Assembly (NCBI RefSeq): GCF_006345805.1 | Contig: NC_042998.1 | Span: 149,048,001-149,112,000 of the forward strand | DNA: 64,000 nucleotides | Direction of reading: 5' to 3' | From: Octopus sinensis | Taxonomy: Eukaryota | In this document: one piece after another, positions 1 to 11,102 of the stretch | Layout: each line of letters begins with the position of its first letter | Position numbering within the stretch: position 1 is the first letter of the stretch | Position numbers and translations under genes: made by a program | The notes under the pieces: model-generated | What the model was told of the DNA's origin: nothing | Databases searched by the model: none | The model's input: only the letters and a program-made list of their open reading frames with translations

Positions 1-194
1 TAACCACTCTTTTATGTACACTTTTTTATGTACATTCCTTTATGTACACTGATTTGTTCTGCTTTTTTATGTTTAACCCTACAGTCTCTTATGTGGTGGT
101 TTAATAAAGTATGTGATTGAGTATTATCTGGTAATTGATATTTGATTTAGATGTATTTCTCCATTTTCTTATCTTGTATATATATATATATATT

Positions 195-424
195 TAAGTA
201 GTTCAATGAATTATCTTAGTATGGATAATTCGGTTAACCGATACCTGGGTAGCAAATTCACGTCAGAAAAACACTGTTGAAGCTACATGCCATGGGCAGA
301 GATCACGTGCTTTCGTGTGGAAATTTGTGTGTTTTTTTTAATACAAATAAACGAAAGAATGGAGTTGAACGACGATTTAACAATAAAGGAATTTTGTTAA
401 ATCGTCGTTCAACTCCATTCTTTC
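195..424 (+). repeat. Dispersed repeat family X, copy 1 (possibly a PLE terminal segment), rearranged by a fold-back
   Basis: Shares tgaattatctta..ggataattc..taaccgatacctgggtagcaaa and ttgttaa..gtcgttcaactccattctttca with 4868-4980. Both copies lie next to (TA)n. Confidence 0.7.
353..424. repeat. Perfect inverted repeat, 31-bp arms and 10-nt loop
   Basis: gaaagaatggagttgaacgacgatttaacaa (353-383) is the exact reverse complement of 394-424. Confidence 0.95.
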
Positions 425-491
<67 letters not shown>

Positions 492-538
492 GCATATGTA
501 TGTATATACGTGTATGCGGGAGTGTGAATATATGCCTG

Positions 539-615
<77 letters not shown>

Positions 616-1033
616 GCGTATATTTATATGTATAAATGTCTAAATATAAACGTACTATGTTACGTGTATGCATGCAAACTCCTATGTGTATATAAGGATG
701 AATTTGTTTACACATGCAAATATATATACATGTGTACGAGTGTGTGTGGACATCTATGTATGTATGAGCACGTAAATACACATATATGTTTGTGTGCGTA
801 TGTGAATGTACGTATACATATTCGTGTGAGTGTGTACGTACGTAGATGTTATGAACGCAGGAGGTCCATGTATCGTGAGAATATGGTTGCATGAGTTTTC
901 TTTTTTTTCCTTTTTTCTTTTTCTACCTATTAGATTAACTTTCCTTTTATTCATAGCGTCTGTTGTCATTAGTTGCTCTTCCCTCCATGAGTCGAAACTC
1001 CGAGTACTCTAAAGACAACTTACTGTTTGTTCT

Positions 1034-1069
<36 letters not shown>

Positions 1070-1073
<4 letters not shown>

Positions 1074-1220
1074 CATCCTTTTCTTTCAATCTGTGGAGAA
1101 ATGGATAAAATTTGCCCTGTTTACAATTATACAATTATATTATATATATAACATATGGCATAATTGTAAACAGGGCAAATTTTATCCATTTCTCCACAGA
1201 CTGAAAGAAAAGGATGAACA
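1070..1220. repeat. Inverted repeat, 61-bp arms (1 mismatch) and 29-nt spacer
   Basis: 1070-1130 versus the reverse complement of 1160-1220. The left arm abuts (TA)n. Confidence 0.95.
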
Positions 1221-1812
1221 ACCTTACTCGATCAGAGGCGTCTACAGTATTCTGACAGTCTCCAGAGAAACAATCAGCCAAACTGTTTATATACTCAACA
1301 AATGCAGCACTTATCCTATGAAGGAGTCCCTAATTTGCATACCGAAAGTGTTCAACACTCTATAAATACCAGAGGCCTGTCAACGGGGATTTTAGACCAC
1401 ACAATATCAAGGTATAATATAATATATACGAGTATGTATGTATGTAGGTATGCATGTATATCAAAGGTGCCAAATAATTATCTAACACTTTGACAGTTAC
1501 TATTTTCTATACAAGTAACTACAAATAAGTAACAACAGCAAGAACAATAAAACAACAATAACAACAGCAACAACAATGACAATAACAATAGAAACAACAA
1601 TAACAACAACAATACACAAAAACGATCAATGACCAAAATTCTTTTGATAACTCCCAATGGTCTTCTGATAATAGTACAACGATATATCTCTGCGCTAACA
1701 AAAGTGGATTTGGAGCAGGGAAAAGGAAGAAATATTAGTTTCAGCAAATAGTTTTAATACTATTTTTTTATGGATACAGGTATGAATGTATTTATGCATG
1801 CATGTATGTATG

Positions 1813-1983
1813 TAAAGGTACATGAAGCTCAGTTACAACTACTGCCGGTACAAGTTTTAGCTACCAATTCTGTACAAGACATTGTAGATCTTTAGCTGGG
1901 CTGAAAAGTCACATTCGATCACAGCACAGCTAAAAGTTAAGCCTCATGCAATGGCCATACTCGATAACGAGGAGGCAGCCATC
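1813..1983 (+). mobile_element. RTE-clade LINE 3' end with (TATG)n tail
   Basis: Translates to FCTRHCRSLAGLKSHIRSQHS*, an RTE-type C-terminal zinc-finger motif. It is followed by a short UTR (ggccatactcgataacgaggaggcagcc) and (TATG)n. Confidence 0.7.
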
Positions 1984-2093
1984 ATGTATGTATGTATGTA
2001 TGTATGTATGTATGTATGTATGTATGTATGTATGTATCTGTCTGTCTGTTTGCCAGTCTGTCTCTGTCTTTCTTTCTTTCTTTCTTTCTTCCT

Positions 2094-2266
<173 letters not shown>

Positions 2267-2349
2267 TAAAAAGAAACAAAGAAAATGCACCCTAGAAATA
2301 AAAGTAATGTTTTTTTTATAAAAACATAGATATATACGTAAAAAAATAT

Positions 2350-2640
2350 TTCATTTGTGACCTTGGAAACCTAATCTATGTTATTTCTTGCTTAGGTTAC
2401 GGAAACCACTAAATGGGCCAAACAGGAATGTCCCTCGGACGAAGAACAACGCTTTACAAAGAACAAATCCGCTTCACACAATATAGACAGATTCAGGTCA
2501 GTGAGCACGTAGATGTGCTAGAAGCCTTAAACCAAATTACTAATTTTCCCTTTTTATCAATGTTCCCAGAACACTCAGTGCAGCAAAACTAAATAAAGAG
2601 GCAACTTTCATTAATAAATATCAACCACAATTTAGCACGA
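2350..2640 (+). pseudogene. Penelope-like element GIY-YIG endonuclease remnant
   Basis: [52 protein letters not shown] matches the PLE pattern FTC-x-S-x-NLIYVI-x-C-x-GC...YIGQT...R...SEH. It has an in-frame stop and parallels 14521-15046. Confidence 0.85.
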
Positions 2641-3073
2641 ACACACATCTTAATACAGGACACTACTAACTTTACTAATACCAATAATCCCACTAATCCT
2701 CATACATCCCATATACCATTCATAATCTATTAATCATATTAACCTAATTGCATCACTTTCAGATCTGCTTACCTCCCTCTCATCGAATCTTTTCACTAAG
2801 GTACTATTAGATACAACACCGTTTGGAAATCGGTGTTGATTCAAAGGCAGTGAACAGCGATGACGAAACCGGTATGACTTTCTATATTGACTCATGATAT
2901 TGATTTTTATACTTCTTAATTCAACTTCAAATCATTTATTTTTATGTATATATCTTTGTTTTTATTTTTAAAAGCCATTACTTTTATACCTAGTGTACAT
3001 TTTCTTTGTTTCTTTTTACTTTTCCTCTATTTATATGACGTGTAGTCTCTTTTCTTCGAAACCTGTTTCTATG

Positions 3074-3117
<44 letters not shown>

Positions 3118-4119
3118 TGTGTGTGTATGTGTGTATGAGTGTGCGTGCGTGAATGTGTGTATGCGTGTGCACGCGCGTGATAACGCATTCATATTGTTCT
3201 GAAAATAACTATCAATATCATAACACATATATGATATGTGTCTTGCTTATGAAGGCGATGAAGATATACCGTATTGCATGATGGATCATACAATGTGCTC
3301 TTTGTAATTTCTGAGGAGAACTATACATTGTATTTATTTATATATACATTTATTTAATTATTGGAATTTATATTTTTAAATAGTCACGACGAAACGTGAT
3401 TTGGTCTGAGAGGTGAATGTAACACCAAAAGCATAGTGTTAATAGAAACATAACGTTCATGTGTTGCGTGTGTATGACCATGTGTTTATATGTGTGCGTG
3501 TGCGTTTAGGTGTAGGCGTACAAATGAAAAAAAGAAGAGAATAAAATCCGATGCATGTTCTAGAAATCAAAAATTTATGTTAATACTATGGGACTTAGAA
3601 CTGCCAAGCTTAAAGTTTCACAGAGGTAAAAACATATCAACCAAAATTATGAAATAGTCGCAAGTTCTAAAGAAGGTAGGTTATCATTTCTATATGTCGT
3701 TTTGGGTCACATGATAGACCCTGTAGCTACAAGACTGCTAAACGATTGTCAGTTATTGTTGTTTTTTTCTACTGTTGAATGATTCATAAACGAAAGACAA
3801 CTCCAACGCAATAGGACTTGGTGGAAAAAAGAAAATTTCAATAGATATTATAAAACAATAATTCCTAGCAATGTCTTAAAATTAGCTAATAGGGACCTCT
3901 GATGGCGACAAGTAATATGAAAAATATCCTTTTCCCTCTTAACTGACAAAGTATGTGCAATATTTACAGTTTCTAGGAGAAACAAAAAGGGTGCGAACTT
4001 TTTGCAATGCAACACTCAATGACAATCGCTCTTCTGAAATCATGACCGCCTTACCACTTAGACTGACTGCATTACAATGATCAGAAAGTCATATGTGCGT
4101 GTGTACGCACTGGTGTTGC

Positions 4120-4161
<42 letters not shown>

Positions 4162-4163
<2 letters not shown>

Positions 4164-4345
4164 TTTTATTCTTTTTCTCGTTTCAGTCATTTGGCTGTGG
4201 CCATGCTGGAGCACCACTTTTAGTCGAAGAAATCGACCCTAGGATTATTCTTTGTGAGACTAGTACTTATTCTATCGATCTCTTTTGCTAAACCGCTAAG
4301 TTGCGGGGAAGTAAACACACCAACATTGGTTGCTAAGCAATGGTG
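4162..4345 (-). mobile_element. SINE family E, 3' half
   Basis: Minus strand ends ...ggtgctccagcatggccacagccaaatgactgaaacgagaaaaagaataaaaga, resembling a common octopus SINE tail (from recall). A related fragment is near 59865-59900. Confidence 0.7.
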
Positions 4346-4364
4346 GAGGACAGACACACACGTA

Positions 4365-4844
4365 CATAAAGACCTCCTCCTCTTCGTTGTTGCTGCCTCC
4401 ACTGTTGCTACTCGTTTCGTTAGACTGCTGCCTCAAGGCCTCCCCCACCTTACCCTTCATGCTTTTCCTCACATTGGCGACCTTGTTGTTGCCATATTTA
4501 TCCAACCAGATGAGGCGATACCTGGGGTGGAAGGCAGCAGCCAGCTAGTATTCCTCATCCTCCAGGAGGGTCCTAAACTTTTTGTCGATGCCTGCCGAAA
4601 TTGCGTCGACCTACGGGCTGCAGTAGACGAGGCTCTTGGACGTCAAGTCCTAGAGCCTAAAGGTCGTCGCAGCAACTTGAGTTAACTTCCGTTAACTCGT
4701 GTGGACTTGAGTTAATGGAAGTTAAATCTAACGGAAGTTAATTAGTCCGATGATGATTTCCAAAGTTAACTTAAAACTTACATCGCTAACGAATATGCTT
4801 ATTTCGTTAATTAACGATTAACGGATAAACGGTTTGGTGCCCAA

Positions 4845-4850
<6 letters not shown>
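4365..4850 (-). mobile_element. Internally deleted hAT (Ac/Tol2-like) DNA transposon remnant
   Basis: Minus frame reads SLVYCSP*VDAISAGIDKKFRTLLEDEEY*LAAAFHPRYRLIWLD, an hAT LAAAxHPxFxLxWL motif with 2 stops. 4681-4850 carries repeated gttaac subterminal words and ends in acttgggcac on the minus strand. Confidence 0.7.
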
Positions 4851-4867
<17 letters not shown>

Positions 4868-4875
<8 letters not shown>

Positions 4876-4980
4876 TTGAGTAATTGAATGAATTATCTTA
4901 TTAAGGATAATTCTAAAGATAACCGATACCTGGGTAGCAAAAGGATATTTGTTAACTAGTCGTTCAACTCCATTCTTTCA
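4868..4980 (+). repeat. Dispersed repeat family X, copy 2
   Basis: Collinear match to 195-264 plus 391-424, with (TA)n immediately upstream and (TA)-rich sequence downstream. Confidence 0.7.
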
Positions 4981-5201
4981 TATACTTATATATATATATA
5001 TGTATGCATGTATATGTATATATATGTATGTGTATGTATGTATGTATGTATGTATATATGTGCATATATATATATGCATGCATATATATATCTATACATA
5101 CATGAAAATATCCAACCACACACTCATGCATACGTATGTATGTATATTTATTAAGCGAGTACTTCTGTTTGTGTCTGTTGTGTATATTTGTTTGTGTGTG
5201 T

Positions 5202-5264
<63 letters not shown>

Positions 5265-6787
5265 TATGTGTGTGTTCGTGCGGTCGTACATTTAACCCAA
5301 TGAGCACTACTTCATTGAAGCCAGACATGACTGTTTTGTTAAAAATTTTCTTAGCGAAAATGTAACTCTACGCTCGATTCGAATACCCAGTAACTTCAAC
5401 AAAAACCTTTTACAACGTCGAGGCGGCACAAGGCTTGTGAAAGACACTGGAAAGAATTCTCCCTCCTCCCCGCCCGATAGACTGTACCTTGTACTATTGT
5501 TGAATCGTACCCTTAATCTGGTTTAATACCAGCAATTGGCCCCTAGACATATTTAAAGGAGTTAAGCTTGTAACATGTTTTCTTGTCTGAAGGTAAATCC
5601 CACGCCATCAACACAAGAGATGTGATTTCATCATCTCCATCGTTATAATCATAGAAATAATCCTAAGAATTAGGCACTGCTCTTCCTGCAAATAACGAAT
5701 AGATACATATAAAAAAATATATAAATATTATAAATATATAATTAAATTTTTTTTATGTGTCACAAGGGACTGCAGTGGATTTGATCTCAGAACATTTCAG
5801 ATATCGATTCAGCAATATAATAGTTTTGGTTAGTGATATAATGTTTATATTTCTTAACGCCATTTTAAGCCAATATACATACTATTGTTTCAATGCTTAT
5901 GAAAAATTATGAAATACAATGGTTTCGATGAAACTAGTATACATCGTCAGGAGTAAAGAAATTTCTATAGTATTTTTTAAAGTCTTGTGAAATAAATATC
6001 AACAGATTTTATAAACATTGACTAACTCAGAGGAAAAACAGTGATAAGATTGGTGTATATTTGCATTTATAATATTAGAAATTAAGTTTGAAGAAGACGA
6101 CAGCCAGTAGATGTAACATAGCTATATTACAGAAAATATATCTGTAAATTTTAGCCAATACTGTATATAATAAATAAACGAAAGCATATAGTCAGCTTGT
6201 ATGTGTATGTAATAACTACATCGACAGAAAAAACCGGAACGAGCCGGGATAATTAATGTCTTCTTTAGCTCCCCACTGAAACTGTGATTATAAAATAATT
6301 ATTACTAAAGACTTAAATAAAATGGATAAATTGATTTATATATATATGGTGTAGGACTGAAATTTGTGTAGCTGATCCACCTTTTACTGTCCACAGAAGT
6401 ATTATTTATAAAGGTAAGATGTTTACATCTCTCAGTTTCATTGTGTTGTATACTGAAGATGACTAAAATCTATACATATATTCTAAAGTGCATTATAACA
6501 TTATAACAAAACACTGTTACCGCACAAGTAGTTTATTAATATGCTCATGGTGTGTTTATTGTTTGCTCTGTTTTCACAACATACACACACGCGACTCTCA
6601 CACACACAAGAGACTCTCACACACACACACGACTCACACACACACACACACTCACTACATATACGCATACGCAGATACGTGTGTATGTATGTGTATGTGT
6701 ATATAAACAATTCAACATCAAACTGAATGACTACTCGATAAATTTTAGAAGAGTGCGTATTTAATAATTTGTACAAGGAAAATGCTG

Positions 6788-6830
6788 ACAGTGACTTCGA
6801 AGTTTCGGCTTGCTCGCTATTATGAGACAG
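6788..6830 (-). ncRNA. Degenerate hammerhead-ribozyme-like motif
   Basis: Minus strand: ctgt CTCATAA tagcgagcaagcc GAAAC TTCGAA GTC actgt. The GAAAC/GUC half is intact with palindromic stem III, but the CUGANGA core has 2 mismatches. Confidence 0.35.
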
Positions 6831-7799
6831 CGATTTACGCTGTTTTTCTTCTTTGTCAGTTTTAGATAATCTTTGGCAGATTGTTTTTTTATGTTTTGTT
6901 GGTAGGTGAAGCAATGTGAATGATAATTAGGTGTGATGTAGGTAAACAAGAAAAGTAGTTGTATAAGGAAGAAAGTAATCGAAAAGGACAGGAAGGAAGG
7001 AAGGATTTGAAGAGCGTGGGGTGATAGAAAGGTATAGTGAAGAGATTCATTAGTTTGATGTACGAAATTTGTTCTTGTTTAGTGTTTACTCAGGTAAGGA
7101 ATTTAAGGTGTAAGCAGATGTGTTGCAATCATCTTAGAAAATATTTTGTAGATGGGACTGGTTTTTGTGGTATTTTAGGGTTCACAAAATAATATTTGCA
7201 GAGATTACTGTTGTTATTAGCTTTCTATTAACACATTTTAAACTGGGTATGTTGAGAAGGATTGAATTGAGGGGCTATGTTACAACATTCATTGGAAGTT
7301 ATGCCAGCATTATGAAATATGAAAAGAAATGTTGGGTGTATCACAGAATGGTAAAGAAACAATGTTCTGTGACACCTCCATGTATATATATTCTGAGATT
7401 CAAATAACAGTATTAGATATGGATTACATATTATGTGGATGTTGAGAATACATTGAGAAATAATAAAAACAAAACAATACACTGCATGTACACTGCATGT
7501 ACTCGGCAGTGCAATAAAAACATGCACAAAAATACGAGTGACTGCCATAAGGCAGAGAGAGGAAAGGGGATTATAAAGTGTAACAGTGGATTTTGTAACA
7601 GATATAGAACCAAGTTGGATAACACTTCACGTCACTGCTTCACTACTCTAAAACCTATTCACTGATATCGATGAAAGAGCAATGAAGACAGTCAAAAGAA
7701 ATTAACAAAAGACATCCATCTAATAATACATTAACTTGCTATTGCAATTTCATTTATTTTGTTACTAAAAGTATATACTGTATTTATACTGCTTATATT

Positions 7800-7990
7800 A
7801 GTCGGAGTGGTGTCCTCATCTTGATTATTGCTTTCACTACGTTTCGGCTGTTGTGCGCTCCAGCCTTCTTCAGGTGTCTTGTGTTGAACTCGGTTGTTGT
7901 ATCGGAATTTCGAACCTAGCCCCTTATTTGATCCACGGGTGTACACTGTTCTCATTCCGTATTCTGTGTTTCATGACATTTTTTTTTTTC
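7800..7990 (-). mobile_element. Putative PLE terminal repeat (pLTR) fragment carrying a hammerhead motif
   Basis: Contains the hammerhead motif at 7835-7876. PLE terminal repeats are known to carry minimal hammerheads. No linked RT was seen nearby. Confidence 0.55.
7835..7876 (-). ncRNA. Minimal type I hammerhead-ribozyme-like motif
   Basis: Minus RNA: CAC CUGAAGA A GGCUG-gagcgcacaa-CAGCC GAAA C GU A GUG. The core is complete, stem II is 5 bp, stem I is 3 bp, stem III is a loopless palindromic ACGU, and the cleavage triplet is GUA. Confidence 0.7.
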
Positions 7991-9499
7991 GCTTCATTTG
8001 TTTTTATGTGAATTATCTTAGTGCCTTGCCTGGGATTGAACTCAAAACCTCTAGGTGCAGTCAATACTGCACTAAATACTGCAGTCAATACCCAATATAA
8101 ACTCTTCATATCAAAAATATAGAATTGTATTATGTAATGTATTGTAAGTATGTTCACTAATCACTGATTAACCACCTAGGTACAAACATACTAACTGAAC
8201 ACAAATCAAATTCGCCTTAAGTCCCCAAAAGAGGACAAACAATACACATGGAAATAATAATATTCAACTCAAGTTTTAAAACAGAAATGCGCACTTTGAT
8301 TTTAATGCATAAAACATAGAAAAATGAAGACGGAAAATGTTCTATCGTCAGACAATCGAAATTAAAAACTCGACTTCACTCTGAAGTCTCATAAATATAA
8401 CAGAAACGGTGAAACTAGTCATATAACGACTACGTTTCTATAATACATGCATATTTACATGCATATGGAAAGCGAGATGACCCCCCACCCCACCACAAAA
8501 ATTATGTAATAATATTTTAAACAAAACAAATCTCATCTAAAGATAGGATTGTTATACACTTGACAACTTAGGAAAATACATTCTTAAAATTAAAGATAAA
8601 ATTTGAACTAAAACTAAAACTAAAATTCGGTTTTAGAGAAACGTGCTCGAAATTAAGAAAAAGAAACACTAATATCAGGTTAGATTAAGGGATTAGACCA
8701 AACTAAAAACCTACAGATTCTTAGGAATTAATGACGCAAACAGATTACCACAAACTTTGTTTCTAGTAATAAGATAGAGTTGAAATATTTTGAACTGAAA
8801 GTTAAGAGAATTAGCGAAACTAGACAAGAAACCATGAAAAGTAATAACTGAGAATAGACGAGAGAAAAGCTGACGCGTACAAATTTTATTTCCAATAAAT
8901 ACGGAGACGTAGGGGACGCTCTTGTGTAGCGAGAAATGTTATTATAAAATATCTACTATAAAGAATATAGGAGAAACTATTGGAAATAGCAAAGAAGCAG
9001 AAAGAAAAAAACAAACTGGTTTAGAAGAAATGTTAAAGAGTATGTGAGATAAGGGATGATGGCGGGGAGAATACAACGATAGGAACAACAACAACTACAA
9101 TTAAAACAGGACTATATAAACTGAAAATGGGATTATAAAGTATCATGGTAAGACGTTGTCAAGAAAGAAAATAAAACTACAAAATAAGTACAAAAAACAT
9201 AATGCAAGCTCTACAGCTAGACATCGCTCAACACACACGCGCGCGCGCACTCTGTCTGTGTCTGTCTGTGCCTCTCTTTGTCACACACAGACACATACAC
9301 CAGTTACTTAGAGTTCATGTAATGCAGTGGAAAAGGATAAAACTCAAAAGCAAAAGCACAGCATGTACGCAAGACACAGGAAATGGTTCTATTACGCAGT
9401 GAAAGCACAATAATAATAATGATGATGATGATGATGATGACGACGACGACGACGGCGATGATAGCTGGGTGTTTGGTACCAACGTACACCGGAAAAGCT

Positions 9500-9990
9500 A
9501 ATGGACGAAAACGGGAAGGCAAAGATCTCCTGGGACTTTGACTTTCAGTCAGAGAAGATGTTAGAGCACCGAGGGCCGGATATATTAGCCTTTAGGAGGG
9601 ACAAACAAGAGTGTCTAATAGTCGACGTGGTAGTGCCAAGAGATCAATGTACTATCATGAAAGAAAAAGAAAAGGTTGACAGATATGGAGACTTGAAAAT
9701 TGAGATTGCCAAGATGTATCAGCTACAAGAGTCAAACATAAAGGTTGTCCCTATTGTCAACAGCGCATTTGGTTCAATACCACCAAACCTAAATAAACAT
9801 CTGGAAACTTTACAAATATTTTACAATCTAGGTGTATTGCGAAAATCGGCTTTACTTGGAACTACACGAATATTGCATAAAGTATTCTCTGTTTGAGGTC
9901 CTTCTTGTAACTTCAATGATAGTACAAAACCCCGGCGCACACACTATTTTTAGTCTTCAACATCGCAATATTGGATACTGTGCAACGTCT
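9500..9990 (+). mobile_element. R4/Dong-type retrotransposon 3' fragment (restriction-like endonuclease domain)
   Basis: ORF 9501-9896: ISWDFDFQ..EHRGPDI...IVDVVVP...KEKEKVDRYGDL...LLGTTRIL. It is preceded by a (GAT/GAC)n tract. Confidence 0.85.
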
Positions 9991-10240
9991 TCAATAATTA
10001 TAATTATAATGGACTCTCCCGTCGAAGACGTGGTATGAGCATTCAGCTTTTGTCGAACGATCTGCACAAATGATTTATTTATAGTGATCAAATGCTCGTG
10101 CCGCACATTATCTCCCTCTCTCCATTAAATCAACCTTGTCTGAACGGGTGCACAGCGTACCCTGTGACAGGTATCGAGGTGATCGTAGAGCAATGTGAGA
10201 TGATGTCTTTTACTCAAGAACACAATAAAATACATGATTC

Positions 10241-11102
10241 TACTACATATCAAAAATTTCCCGACGAGTTTTTAGCGTGCCAACACGTCTGCGTACGCAG
10301 TGAGGTTTAGCAGTGGCCTTCATGAGGAAGCGTGCCGAGTGACATCGCTGTGTTTACTTCGTAAGTTGTGAAATTTGAGTTTATGTGATCACGTGTCTGC
10401 TGTAGTCTGTGATTTTGACATGGACAGGAACAAAGAACCAAAATGAAATTTTGCATTAAACTTGGAAAGTCTGACACAAAGAGATTGAGCATGCTTTGGT
10501 AAGTGTACGGCGATGAGGCAATGGGTTGTACGCAATGTTTCAAATGGTATGGGCGCTTCAAAGGGGGAATATTGTCTCTAGAAAACGATGAGCGACCTAG
10601 AAGACCTGCCACGAGCGTAACCTCCGGAAATGTGCTACTGTTTATCGAGAATTCTCCCTCCGGGGCCAGACCATCAATCAAGAGTTCTACTAAGACGCTT
10701 TGAAGCGTTTGAGGGAGGACATTCGGCGAAAGTGATCAGATCTGTGGAGCGCTAAGAATTGGATTCATCACCGAACTCTCCTCACTTGTGAGTTTCTCGC
10801 CCAAAACAACTCTCTTTGCCAGATCGAGCACCTGCAGACTTCCATCTCTCCCTCAAGATGAAAATGCTGCTGAGAGGTCACCGTTTTAACACCATTGTCG
10901 AGATCCAGAGCGAATCGCAGAAAGTCCACCACTCGCTTACGTAAAACGACTTCCAAGCCGGATTCCAAAAGTGAAAGGAACGCTAGGAAGGATATATTAC
11001 TGCATAAGGTGACTACTTTAAAGGAGATAATGTTAAAAATTAGGTAAATAAGCTATTTTTTCACTAAATATAACTAGTCTGGGAACATCTTGATACCACC
11101 TA
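10241..11102 (+). mobile_element. Internally deleted mariner transposon
   Basis: N-terminal KFCIKLGKS..VYGDEAM..CFKWYGRFKGG..LENDERP, C-terminal SPDRAPADF..MK..L.G.RF..GDYFKGD. Degenerate TIRs at ~10241-10268 and ~11074-11102. Confidence 0.85.

Noticed and set aside
1315-1350. cctatgaagg..ccgaaag hammerhead-like trace
   Set aside because: The core has a deletion and stems I and III cannot be formed. Kept only as context for the nearby hairpin.
3311-3398. CTGAGGAG...GAAACGTG hammerhead-like words
   Set aside because: The cleavage triplet would be GUG, stem I does not pair, and the spacer is AT-rich noise.
4254-4685. 143-aa + strand ORF with normal-looking composition
   Set aside because: It is the antisense of the hAT transposase fragment, and the conserved motif is on the minus strand.
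7435-7665. Cys-rich 76-aa ORF
   Set aside because: No recognisable cysteine pattern, signal peptide or splice context.
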